DNA of 64,000 nucleotides, from the NCBI GenBank assembly GCA_964057225.1, contig OZ059900.1, forward strand, positions 25,172,001-25,236,000. The letters run 5' to 3'. The stretch is from Auanema rhodensis. Taxonomy: Eukaryota > Animalia > Nematoda. The notes under the pieces are model-generated. The model did not search any database. It was not told the DNA's origin and saw only the letters and a program-made list of their open reading frames with translations. How positions within the stretch are numbered: position 1 is the first letter of the stretch; every line of letters begins with the position of its first letter. Shown here in pieces: positions 22,801 to 35,910 of this stretch. Made by a program: the position numbers and the translations under genes.

Positions 22801-25800
22801 GCTGAAATTTGTTGCATTTGACGACTCATATGAACAAAAATCGATTTAATCAATATTAGCCATAAGGGGCGTGCCCTCAGAATATGCTAATTTCCTTAAT
22901 TTTCTAACCCCTGTTTTTTTGTCGTGAAAGTGGAACTAGACGTTGTACGAACAATTTTGAGCTAGGTTTCATTGACATTGCATGAGTTTGAACAAATGAA
23001 ATCGTAAGTCAAAACCTTGTTTACAGCGAAATTTCCAAAAACTGGTTTTCCAGCATAAAAAAATATTTCTCATGGGAAATACTGTGTTTTTGTATTTTTT
23101 TAATGTTCAGCATGTAAAATGCTTCATTTTGATATGTAAAACGCTGAAATTCGTTGCATTTGACGACTCATATGAACAAAAATCGATTTTATCAATATTA
23201 GCCATAAGGGGCGTGCCCTCAGAATATGCTAATTTCCTTAATTTTCTAACCCCTGTTTTTTTGTCGTGAAAGTGGAACTAGACGTTGTACGAACAATTTT
23301 GAGCTAGGTTTCATTGACATTGCATGAGTTTGAACACATGAAATCGTAAGTCAAAACCTTGTTTACAGCGAAATTTCCAAAAACTGGTTTTCCAGCATAA
23401 TAAAATATTTCTCATGGGAAATACTGTGTTTTTGTATTTTTTTAGTGTTCAGCATGTAAAATGCGTCATTTTAGTATGTAAAACGCTGAAATTCGTTGCA
23501 TTTGACGACTCATATGAACAAAAATCGATTTTATCAATATTAGCCATAAGGGGCGTGCCCTCAGAATATGCTAATTTCCTTAATTTTCTAACCCCTGTTT
23601 TTTTGTCGTGAAAGTGGAACTAGACGTTGTACGAACAATTTTGAGCTAGGTTTCATTAACATTGCATGAGTTTGAACACATGAAATCGTAAGTCAAAACC
23701 TTGTTTACAGCGAAATTTCCAAAAACTGGTTTTCCAGCATAATAAAATATTTCTCATGGGAAATACTGTGTTTTTGTATTTTTCTAGTGTTCAGCAGGTA
23801 AAATGCTTCATTTTAGTATGTAACACGCTGAAATTCGTTGCATTTGACGACTCATATGAACAAAAATCGATTTAATCAATATTAGCCATAAGGGGCGTGC
23901 CCTCAGAATATGCTAATTTCCTTAATTTTCTAACCCCTGTTTTTTTGTCGTGAAAGTGGAACTAGACGTTGTACGAACAATTTTGAGCTAGGTTTCATTG
24001 ACATTGCATGAGTTTGAACACATGAAATCGTAAGTCAAAACCTTGTTTACAGCGAAATTTCCAAAAACTGGTTTTCCAGCATAATAAAATATTTCTCATG
24101 GGAAAAACTGTGTTTTTGTATTTTTCTAGTGTTCAGCATGTAAAATGCTTCATTTTAGTATGTAACACGCTGAAATTTGTTGCATTTGACGACTCATATG
24201 AACAAAAATCGATTTAATCAATATTAGCCATAAGGGGCGTGCCCTCAGAATATGCTAATTTCCTTAATTTTCTAACCCCTGTTTTTTTGTCGTGAAAGTG
24301 GAACTAGACGTTGTACGAACAATTTTGAGCTAGGTTTCATTGACATTGCATGAGTTTGAACACATGAAATCGTAAGTCAAAACCTTGTTCACAGCGAAAT
24401 TTCCAAAAACTGGTTTTCCAGCATAATAAAATATTTCTCAAGGGAAAAACTGTGTTTTTATATTTTTCTAGTGTTCAGCATGTGAAATGCTTTATTTTAG
24501 TATGTAACACGCTGAAATTTGTTGCATTTGACGACTCATATGAACAAAAATCGATTTAATCAATATTAGCCATAAGGGGCGTGCCCTCAGAATATGCTAA
24601 TTTCCTTAATTTTCTAACCCCTGTTTTTTTGTCGTGAAAGTGGAACTAGACGTTGTACGAACAATTTTGAGCTAGGTTTCATTGACATTGCATGAGTTTG
24701 AACACATGAAATCGTAAGTCAAAACCTTGTTTACAGCGAAATTTCCAAAAACTGGTTTTCCAGCATAATAAAATATTTCTCATGGGAAAAACTGTGTTTT
24801 TGTATTTTTCTAGTGTTCAGCATGTAAAATGCTTCATTTTAGTATGTAAAACGCTGAAATTAGTTGCATTTGACGACTCATATGAACAAAAATCGATTTA
24901 ATCAATATTAGCCATAAGGGGCGTGCCCTCAGAATATGCTAATTTCCTTAATTTTCTAACCCCTGTTTTTTTGTCGTGAAAGTGGAACTAGACGTTGTAC
25001 GAACAATTTTGAGCTAGGTTTCATTAACATTGCATGAGTTTGAACACATGAAATCGTAAGTCAAAACCTTGTTTACAGCGAAATTTCCAAAAACTGGTTT
25101 TCCAGCATAATAAAATATTTCTCATGGGAAATACTGAGTTTTTGTATTTTTCTAGTGTTCAGCATGTAAAATGCTTCATTTTAGTATGTAAAACGCTGAA
25201 ATTCGTTGCATTTGACGACTCATATGAACAAAAATCGATTTAATCAATATTAGCCATAAGGGGCGTGCCCTCAGAATATGCTAATTTCCTTAAATTTCTA
25301 ACCCCTGTTTTTTTGTCGTGAAAGTGGAACTAGACGTTGTACGAACAATTTTGAGCTAGGTTTCATTGACATTGCATGAGTTTGAACACATGAAATCGTA
25401 AGTCAAAACCTTGTTTACAGCGAAATTTCCAAAAACTGGTTTTCCAGCATAATAAAATATTTCTCATGGGAAATACTGTGTTTTTGTATTTTTTTAGTGT
25501 TCAGCATGTAAAATGCGTCATTTTAGTATGTAAAACGCTGAAATTCGTTGCATTTGACGACTCATATGAACAAAAATCGATTTTATCAATATTAGCCATA
25601 AGGGGTGTGCCCTCAGAATATGCTGATTTCCTTAATTTTCTAACCCCTGTTTTTTTGTCGTGAAAGTGGAACTAGACGTTGTACGAACAATTTTGAGCTA
25701 GGTTTCATTGACATTGCATGAGTTTGAACACATGAAATCGTAAGTCAAAACCTTGTTTACAGCGAAATTTCCAAAAACTGGTTTTCCAGCATAATACAAT

Positions 25801-28044
25801 ATTTCTCATGGGAAATACTGTGTTTTTGTATTTTTCTAGTGTTCAGAATGTAGAATGCTTCATTTTAGTATGTAACACGCTGAAATTCGTTGCATTTGAC
25901 GACTCATATGAACAAAAATCGATTTAATCAATATTAGCCATAAGGGGCGTGCCCTCAGAATATGCTAATTTCCTTAATTTTCTAACCCCTGTTTTTTTGT
26001 CGTGAAAGTGGAACTAGACGTTGTACGAACAATTTTGAGCTAGGTTTCATTGACATTGCATGAGTTTGAACACATGAAATCGTAAGTCAAAACCTTGTTT
26101 ACAGCGAAATTTCCAAAAACTGGTTTTCCAGCATAATAAAATATTTCTCATGGGAAATACTGTGTTTTTGTATTTTTCTAGTGTTCAGCATGTAAAATGC
26201 TTCATTTTAGTATGTAACACGCTGAAATTCGTTGCATTTGACGACTCATATGAACAAAAATCGATTTAATCAATATTAGCCATAAGGGGCGTGCCCTCAG
26301 AATATGCTAATTTCCTTAATTTTCTAACCCCTGTTTTTTTGTCGTGAAAGTGGAACTAGACGTTGTACGAACAATTTTGAGCTAGGTTTCATTGACATTG
26401 CATGAGTTTGAACACATGAAATCGTAAGTCAAAACCTTGTTTACAGCGAAATTTCCAAAAACTGGTTTTCCAGCATAATAAAATATTTCTCATGGGAAAT
26501 ACTGTGTTTTTGTATTTTTCTAGTGTTCAGCATGTAAAATGCTTCATTTTAGTATGTAACACGCTGAAATTCGTTGCATTTGACGACTCATATGAACAAA
26601 AATCGATTTAATCAATATTAGCCATAAGGGGCGTGCCCTCAGAATATGCTAATTTCCTTAATTTTCTAACCCCTGTTTTTTTGTCGTGAAAGTGGAACTA
26701 GACGTTGTACGAACAATTTTGAGCTAGGTTTCATTGACATTGCATCAGTTTGAACACATGAAATCGTAAGTCAAAACCTTGTTTACAGCGAAATTTCCAA
26801 AAACTGGTTTTCCAGCATAATAAAATATTTCTCATGGGAAATACTGTGTTTTTGTATTTTTCTAGTGTTCAGCATGTAAAATGCTTCATTTTAGTATGTA
26901 ACACGCTGAAATTCGTTGCATTTGACGACTCATATGAACAAAAATCGATTTAATCAATATTAGCCATAAGGGGCGTGCCCTCAGAATATGCTAATTTCCT
27001 TAATTTTCTAACTCCTGTTTTTTTGTCGTGAAAGTGGAACTAGACGTTGTACGAACAATTTTGAGCTAGGTTTCATTGACATTGCATGAGTTTGAACACA
27101 TGAAATCGTAAGTCAAAACCTTGTTTACAGCGAAATTTCCAAAAACTGGTTTTCCAGCATAATAAAATATTTCTCATGGGAAATACTGTGTTTTTGTATT
27201 TTTCTAGTGTTCAGCAGGTAAAATGCTTCATTTTAGTATGTAACACGCTGAAATTCGTTGCATTTGACGACTCATATGAACAAAAATCGATTTAATCAAT
27301 ATTAGCCATAAGGGGCGTGCCCTCAGAATATGCTAATTTCCTTAATTTTCTAACCCCTGTTTTTTTGTCGTGAAAGTGGAACTAGACGTTGTACGAACAA
27401 TTTTGAGCTAGGTTTCATTGACATTGCATGAGTTTGAACACATGAAATCGTAAGTCAAAACCTTGTTTACAGCGAAATTTCCAAAAACTGGTTTTCCAGC
27501 ATAATAAAATATTTCTCATGGGAAATACTGTGTTTTTGTATTTTTCTAGTGTTCAGCATGTAAAATGCTTCATTTTAGTATGTAACACGCTGAAATTCGT
27601 TGCATTTGACGACTCATATGAACAAAAATCGATTTAATCAATATTAGCCATAAGGGGCGTGCCCTCAGAATATGCTAATTTCCTTAATTTTCTAACCCCT
27701 GTTTTTTTGTCGTGAAAGTGGAACTAGACGTTGTACGAACAATTTTGAGCTAGGTTTCTTTGACATTGCATGAGTTTGAACACATGAAATCGTAAGTCAA
27801 AACCTTGTTCACAGCGAAATTTCCAAAAACTGGTTTTCCAGCATAATAAAATATTTCTCATGGGAAAAACTGTGTTTTTGTAATTTTCTAGTGTTCAGCA
27901 TGTAAAATGCTTCATTTTAGTATGTAACACACTGAAATTTGTTGCATTTGACGACTCATATGAACAAAAATTGATTTAATCAATATTAGTCATAAGGGGC
28001 GTGCCCTCAGAATATGCTAATTTCCTTAATTTTCTAACCCCTGT

Positions 28045-31000
28045 TTTTTTGTCGTGAAAGTGGAACTAGACGTTGTACGAACAATTTTGAGCTAGGTTTC
28101 ATTGACATTGCATGAGTTTGAACACATGAAATCGTAAGTCAAAACCTTGTTTACAGCGAAATTTCCAAAAACTGGTTTTCCAGCATAATAAAATATTTCT
28201 CATGGGAAATACTGTGTTTTTGTATTTTTCTAGTGTTCAGCATGTAAAATGCTTCATTTTAGTATGTAACACGCTGAAATTCGTTGCATTTGACGACTCA
28301 TATGAACAAAAATCGATTTAATCAATATTAGCCATAAGGGGCGTGCCCTCAGAATATGCTAATTTCCTTAATTTTCTAACCCCTGTTTTTTTGTCGTGAA
28401 AGTGGAACTAGACGTTGTACGAACAATTTTGAGCTAGGTTTCATTGACATTGCATGAGTTTGAACACATGAAATCGTAAGTCAAAACCTTGTTTACAGCG
28501 AAATTTCCAAAAACTGGTTTTCCAGCATAATAAAATATTTCTCATGGGAAATACTGTGTTTTTGTATTTTTCTAGTGTTCAGCATGTAAAATGCTTCATT
28601 TTAGTATGTAACACGCTGAAATTCGTTGCATTTGACGACTCATATGAACAAAAATCGATTTAATCAATATTAGCCATAAGGGGCGTGCCCTCAGAATATG
28701 CTAATTTCCTTAATTTTCTAACCCCTGTTTTTTTGTCGTGAAAGTGGAACTAGACGTTGTACGAACAATTTTGAGCTAGGTTTCATTGACATTGCATGAG
28801 TTTGAACACATGAAATCGTAAGTCAAAACCTTGTTTACAGCGAAATTTCCAAAAACTGGTTTTATAGCATAATAAAATATTTCTCATGGGAAATACTGTG
28901 TTTTTGTATTTTTCTAGTGTTCAGCATGTAAAATGCTTCATTTTAGTCTGTAACACGCTGAAATTCGTTGCATTTGACGACTCATATGAACAAAAATCGA
29001 TTTAATCAATATTAGCCATAAGGGGCGTGCCCTCAGAATATGCTAATTTCCTTAATTTTCTAACCCCTGTTTTTTTGTCGTGAAAGTGGAACTAGACGTT
29101 GTACGAACAATTTTGAGCTAGGTTTCATTGACATTGCATGAGTTTGAACACATGAAATCGTAAGTCAAAACCTTGTTTACAGCGAAATTTCCAAAAACTG
29201 GTTTTCCAGCATAATAAAATATTTCTCATGGGAAATACTGTGTTTTTGTATTTTTTTAGTGTTCAGCATGTAAAATGCGTCATTTTAGTATGTAAAACGC
29301 TGAAATTCGTTGCATTTGACGACTCATATGAACAAAAATCGATTTTATCAATATTAGCCATAAGGGGCGTGCCCTCAGAATATGCTAATTTCCTTAATTT
29401 TCTAACCCCTGTTTTTTTGTCGTGAAAGTGGAACTAGACGTTGTACGAACAATTTTGAGCTAGGTTTCATTGACATTGCATGAGTTTGAACACATGAAAT
29501 CGTAAGTCAAAACCTTGTTTACAGCGAAATTTCCAAAAACAGGTTTTCCAGCATAATACAATATTTCTCATGGGAAATACTGTGTTTTTGTATTTTTCTA
29601 GTGTTCAGAATGTAGAATGCTTCATTTTAGTATGTAACACGCTGAAATTCGTTGCATTTGACGACTCATATGAACAAAAATTGATTTAATCAATATTAGT
29701 CATAAGGGGCGTGCCCTCAGAATATGCTAATTTCCTTAATTTTCTAACCCCTGTTTTTTTGTCGTGAAAGTGGAACTAGACGTTGTACGAACAATTTTGA
29801 GCTAGGTTTCATTGACATTGCATGAGTTTGAACACATGAAATCGTAAGTCAAAACCTTGTTTACAGCGAAATTTCCAAAAACTGGTTTTCCAGCATAATA
29901 AAATATTTCTCATGGGAAATACTGTGTTTTTGTATTTTTCTAGTGTTCAGCATGTAAAATGCTTCATTTTAGTATGTAACACGCTGAAATTCGTTGCATT
30001 TGACGACTCATATGAACAAAAATCGATTTAATCAATATTAGCCATAAGGGGCGTGCCCTCAGAATATGCTAATTTCCTTAATTTTCTAACCCCTGTTTTT
30101 TTGTCGTGAAAGTGGAACTAGACGTTGTACGAACAATTTTGAGCTAGGTTTCATTGACATTGCATGAGTTTGAACACATGAAATCGTAAGTCAAAACCTT
30201 GTTTACAGCGAAATTTCCAAAAACTGGTTTTCCAGCATAATAAAATATTTCTCATGGGAAATACTGTGTTTTTGTATTTTTCTAGTGTTCAGCATGTAAA
30301 ATGCTTCATTTTAGTATGTAACACGCTGAAATTCGTTGCATTTGACGACTCATATGAACAAAAATCGATTTAATCAATATTAGCCATAAGGGGCGTGCCC
30401 TCAGAATATGCTAATTTCCTTAATTTTCTAACCCCTGTTTTTTTGTCGTGAAAGTGGAACTAGACATTGTACGAACAATTTTGAGCTAGGTTTCATTGAC
30501 ATTGCATGAGTTTGAACACATGAAATCGTAAGTCAAAACCTTGTTTACAGCGAAATTTCCAAAAACTGGTTTTATAGCATAATAAAATATTTCTCATGGG
30601 AAATACTGTGTTTTTGTATTTTTCTAGTGTTCAGCATGTAAAATGCTTCATTTTAGTCTGTAACACGCTGAAATTCGTTGCATTTGACGACTCATATGAA
30701 CAAAAATCGATTTAATCAATATTAGCCATAAGGGGCGTGCCCTCAGAATATGCTAATTTCCTTAATTTTCTAACCCCTGTTTTTTTGTCGTGAAAGTGGA
30801 ACTAGACGTTGTACGAACAATTTTGAGCTAGGTTTCATTGACATTGCATGAGTTTGAACACATGAAATCGTAAGTCAAAACCTTGTTTACAGCGAAATTT
30901 CCAAAAACTGGTTTTCCAGCATAATAAAATATTTCTCATGGGAAATACTGTGTTTTTGTATTTTTTTAGTGTTCAGCATGTAAAATGCGTCATTTTAGTA

Positions 31001-34000
31001 TGTAAAACGCTGAAATTCGTTGCATTTGACGACTCATATGAACAAAAATCGATTTTATCAATATTAGCCATAAGGGGCGTGCCCTCAGAATATGCTAATT
31101 TCCTTAATTTTCTAACCCCTGTTTTTTTGTCGTGAAAGTGGAACTAGACGTTGTACGAACAATTTTGAGCTAGGTTTCATTGACATTGCATGAGTTTGAA
31201 CACATGAAATCGTAAGTCAAAACCTTGTTTACAGCGAAATTTCCAAAAACAGGTTTTCCAGCATAATACAATATTTCTCATGGGAAATACTGTGTTTTTG
31301 TATTTTTCTAGTGTTCAGAATGTAGAATGCTTCATTTTAGTATGTAACACGCTGAAATTCGTTGCATTTGACGACTCATATGAACAAAAATCGATTTAAT
31401 CAATATTAGCCATAAGGAGCGTGCCCTCAGAATATGCTAATTTCCTTAATTTTCTAACCCCTGTCTTTTTGTCGTGAAAGTGGAACTAGACGTTGTACGA
31501 ACAATTTTGAGCTAGGTTTCATTGACATTGCATGAGTTTGAACACATGAAATCGTGAGTCAAAACCTTGTTTACAGCGAAATTTCCAAAAACTGGTTTTC
31601 CAGCATAATAAAATATTTCTCATGGGAAATACTGTGTTTTTGTATTTTTTTAGTGTTCAGCATGTAAAATGCGTCATTTTAGTATGTAAAACGCTGAAAT
31701 TTGTTGCATTTGACGACTCATATGAACAAAAAGCGAATTAATCAATATTAGCCATAAGGGGCGTGCCCTCAGAATATGCTAATTTCCTTAATTTTCTAAC
31801 CCCTGTTTTTTTGTCGTGAAAGTGGAACTAGACGTTGTACGAACAATTTTGAGCTAGGTTTCATTGACATTGCATGAGTTTGAACACATGAAATCGTAAG
31901 TCAAAACCTTGTTTACAGCGAAATTTCCAAAAACTGGTTTTCCAGCATAATAAAATATTTCTCATGGGAAATACTGTGTTTTTGTATTTTTCTAGTGTTC
32001 AGCATGTAAAATGCTTCATTTTAGTATGTAACACGCTGAAATTCGTTGCATTTGACGACTCATATGAACAAAAATCGATTTAATCAATATTAGCCATAAG
32101 GGGCGTGCCCTCAGAATATGCTAATTTCCTTAATTTTCTAACCCCTGTTTTTTTGTCGTGAAAGTGGAACTAGACGTTGTACGAACAATTTTGAGCTAGG
32201 TTTCATTGACATTGCATGAGTTTGAACACATGAAATCGTAAGTCAAAACCTTGTTTACAGCGAAATTTCCAAAAACTGGTTTTCCAGCATAATAAAATAT
32301 TTCTCATGGGAAATACTGTGTTTTTGTATTTTTCTAGTGTTCAGCATGTAAAATGCTTCATTTTAGTATGTAACACGCTGAAATTCGTTGCATTTGACGA
32401 CTCATATGAACAAAAATCGATTTAATCAATATTAGCCATAAGGGGCGTGCCCTCAGAATATGCTAATTTCCTTAATTTTCTAACCCCTGTTTTTTTGTCG
32501 TGAAAGTGGAACTAGACGTTGTACGAACAATTTTGAGCTAGGTTTCATTGACATTGCATGAGTTTGAACACATGAAATCGTAAGTCAAAACCTTGTTTAC
32601 AGCGAAATTTCCAAAAACTGGTTTTATAGCATAATAAAATATTTCTCATGGGAAATACTGTGTTTTTGTATTTTTCTAGTGTTCAGCATGTAAAATGCTT
32701 CATTTTAGTCTGTAACACGCTGAAATTCGTTGCATTTGACGACTCATATGAACAAAAATCGATTTAATCAATATTAGCCATAAGGGGCGTGCCCTCAGAA
32801 TATGCTAATTTCCTTAATTTTCTAACCCCTGTTTTTTTGTCGTGAAAGTGGAACTAGACGTTGTACGAACAATTTTGAGCTAGGTTTCATTGACATTGCA
32901 TGAGTTTGAACACATGAAATCGTAAGTCAAAACCTTGTTTACAGCGAAATTTCCAAAAACTGGTTTTCCAGCATAATAAAATATTTCTCATGGGAAATAC
33001 TGTGTTTTTGTATTTTTTTAGTGTTCAGCATGTAAAATGCGTCATTTTAGTATGTAAAACGCTGAAATTCGTTGCATTTGACGACTCATATGAACAAAAA
33101 TCGATTTTATCAATATTAGCCATAAGGGGCGTGCCCTCAGAATATGCTAATTTCCTTAATTTTCTAACCCCTGTTTTTTTGTCGTGAAAGTGGAACTAGA
33201 CGTTGTACGAACAATTTTGAGCTAGGTTTCATTGACATTGCATGAGTTTGAACACATGAAATCGTAAGTCAAAACCTTGTTTACAGCGAAATTTCCAAAA
33301 ACAGGTTTTCCAGCATAATACAATATTTCTCATGGGAAATACTGTGTTTTTGTATTTTTCTAGTGTTCAGAATGTAGAATGCTTCATTTTAGTATGTAAC
33401 ACGCTGAAATTCGTTGCATTTGACGACTCATATGAACAAAAATCGATTTAATCAATATTAGCCATAAGGAGCGTGCCCTCAGAATATGCTAATTTCCTTA
33501 ATTTTCTAACCCCTGTTTTTTTGTCGTGAAAGTGGAACTAGACGTTGTACGAACAATTTTGAGCTAGGTTTCATTGACATTGCATGAGTTTGAACACATG
33601 AAATCGTAAGTCAAAACCTTGTTCACAGCGAAATTTCCAAAAACTGGTTTTCCAGCATAATAAAATATTTCTCATGGGAAATACTGTGTTTTTGTAATTT
33701 TCTAGTGTTCAGCATGTAAAATGCTTCATTTTAGTATGTAACACACTGAAATTTGTTGCATTTGACGACTCATATGAACAAAAATTGATTTAATCAATAT
33801 TAGTCATAAGGGGCGTGCCCTCAGAATATGCTAATTTCCTTAATTTTCTAACCCCTGTTTTTTTGTCGTGAAAGTGGAACTAGACGTTGTACGAACAATT
33901 TTGAGCTAGGTTTCATTGACATTGCATGAGTTTGAACACATGAAATCGTAAGTCAAAACCTTGTTTACAGCGAAATTTCCAAAAACTGGTTTTCCAGCAT

Positions 34001-35910
34001 AATAAAATATTTCTCATGGGAAATACTGTGTTTTTGTATTTTTCTAGTGTTCAGCATGTAAAATGCTTCATTTTAGTATGTAACACGCTGAAATTCGTTG
34101 CATTTGACGACTCATATGAACAAAAATCGATTTAATCAATATTAGCCATAAGGGGCGTGCCCTCAGAATATGCTAATTTCCTTAATTTTCTAACCCCTGT
34201 TTTTTTGTCGTGAAAGTGGAACTAGACGTTGTACGAACAATTTTGAGCTAGGTTTCATTGACATTGCATGAGTTTGAACACATGAAATCGTAAGTCAAAA
34301 CCTTGTTTACAGCGAAATTTCCAAAAACTGGTTTTCCAGCATAATAAAATATTTCTCATGGGAAATACTGTGTTTTTGTATTTTTCTAGTGTTCAGCATG
34401 TAAAATGCTTCATTTTAGTATGTAACACGCTGAAATTCGTTGCATTTGACGACTCATATGAACAAAAATCGATTTAATCAATATTAGCCATAAGGGGCGT
34501 GCCCTCAGAATATGCTAATTTCCTTAATTTTCTAACCCCTGTTTTTTTGTCGTGAAAGTGGAACTAGACATTGTACGAACAATTTTGAGCTAGGTTTCAT
34601 TGACATTGCATGAGTTTGAACACATGAAATCGTAAGTCAAAACCTTGTTTACAGCGAAATTTCCAAAAACTGGTTTTATAGCATAATAAAATATTTCTCA
34701 TGGGAAATACTGTGTTTTTGTATTTTTCTAGTGTTCAGCATGTAAAATGCTTCATTTTAGTCTGTAACACGCTGAAATTCGTTGCATTTGACGACTCATA
34801 TGAACAAAAATCGATTTAATCAATATTAGCCATAAGGGGCGTGCCCTCAGAATATGCTAATTTCCTTAATTTTCTAACCCCTGTTTTTTTGTCGTGAAAG
34901 TGGAACTAGACGTTGTACGAACAATTTTGAGCTAGGTTTCATTGACATTGCATGAGTTTGAACACATGAAATCGTAAGTCAAAACCTTGTTTACAGCGAA
35001 ATTTCCAAAAACTGGTTTTCCAGCATAATAAAATATTTCTCATGGGAAATACTGTGTTTTTGTATTTTTTTAGTGTTCAGCATGTAAAATGCGTCATTTT
35101 AGTATGTAAAACGCTGAAATTCGTTGCATTTGACGACTCATATGAACAAAAATCGATTTTATCAATATTAGCCATAAGGGGCGTGCCCTCAGAATATGCT
35201 AATTTCCTTAATTTTCTAACCCCTGTTTTTTTGTCGTGAAAGTGGAACTAGACGTTGTACGAACAATTTTGAGCTAGGTTTCATTGACATTGCATGAGTT
35301 TGAACACATGAAATCGTAAGTCAAAACCTTGTTTACAGCGAAATTTCCAAAAACAGGTTTTCCAGCATAATACAATATTTCTCATGGGAAATACTGTGTT
35401 TTTGTATTTTTCTAGTGTTCAGAATGTAGAATGCTTCATTTTAGTATGTAACACGCTGAAATTCGTTGCATTTGACGACTCATATGAACAAAAATCGATT
35501 TAATCAATATTAGCCATAAGGAGCGTGCCCTCAGAATATGCTAATTTCCTTAATTTTCTAACCCCTGTCTTTTTGTCGTGAAAGTGGAACTAGACGTTGT
35601 ACGAACAATTTTGAGCTAGGTTTCATTGACATTGCATGAGTTTGAACACATGAAATCGTGAGTCAAAACCTTGTTTACAGCGAAATTTCCAAAAACTGGT
35701 TTTCCAGCATAATAAAATATTTCTCATGGGAAATACTGTGTTTTTGTATTTTTTTAGTGTTCAGCATGTAAAATGCGTCATTTTAGTATGTAAAACGCTG
35801 AAATTTGTTGCATTTGACGACTCATATGAACAAAAAGCGAATTAATCAATATTAGCCATAAGGGGCGTGCCCTCAGAATATGCTAATTTCCTTAATTTTC
35901 TAACCCCTGT
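28045..35910. repeat. Nested 6-mer/12-mer higher-order repeat; first unit shortened to 5 monomers
   Basis: The TTTATAGC/AGTCTG monomer occurs at 28729, 30439, 32491 and 34543 (spacing 1710, 2052, 2052). The GACATT variant and the CGTGAG monomer mark every second unit (spacing 4104). Confidence 0.9.
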
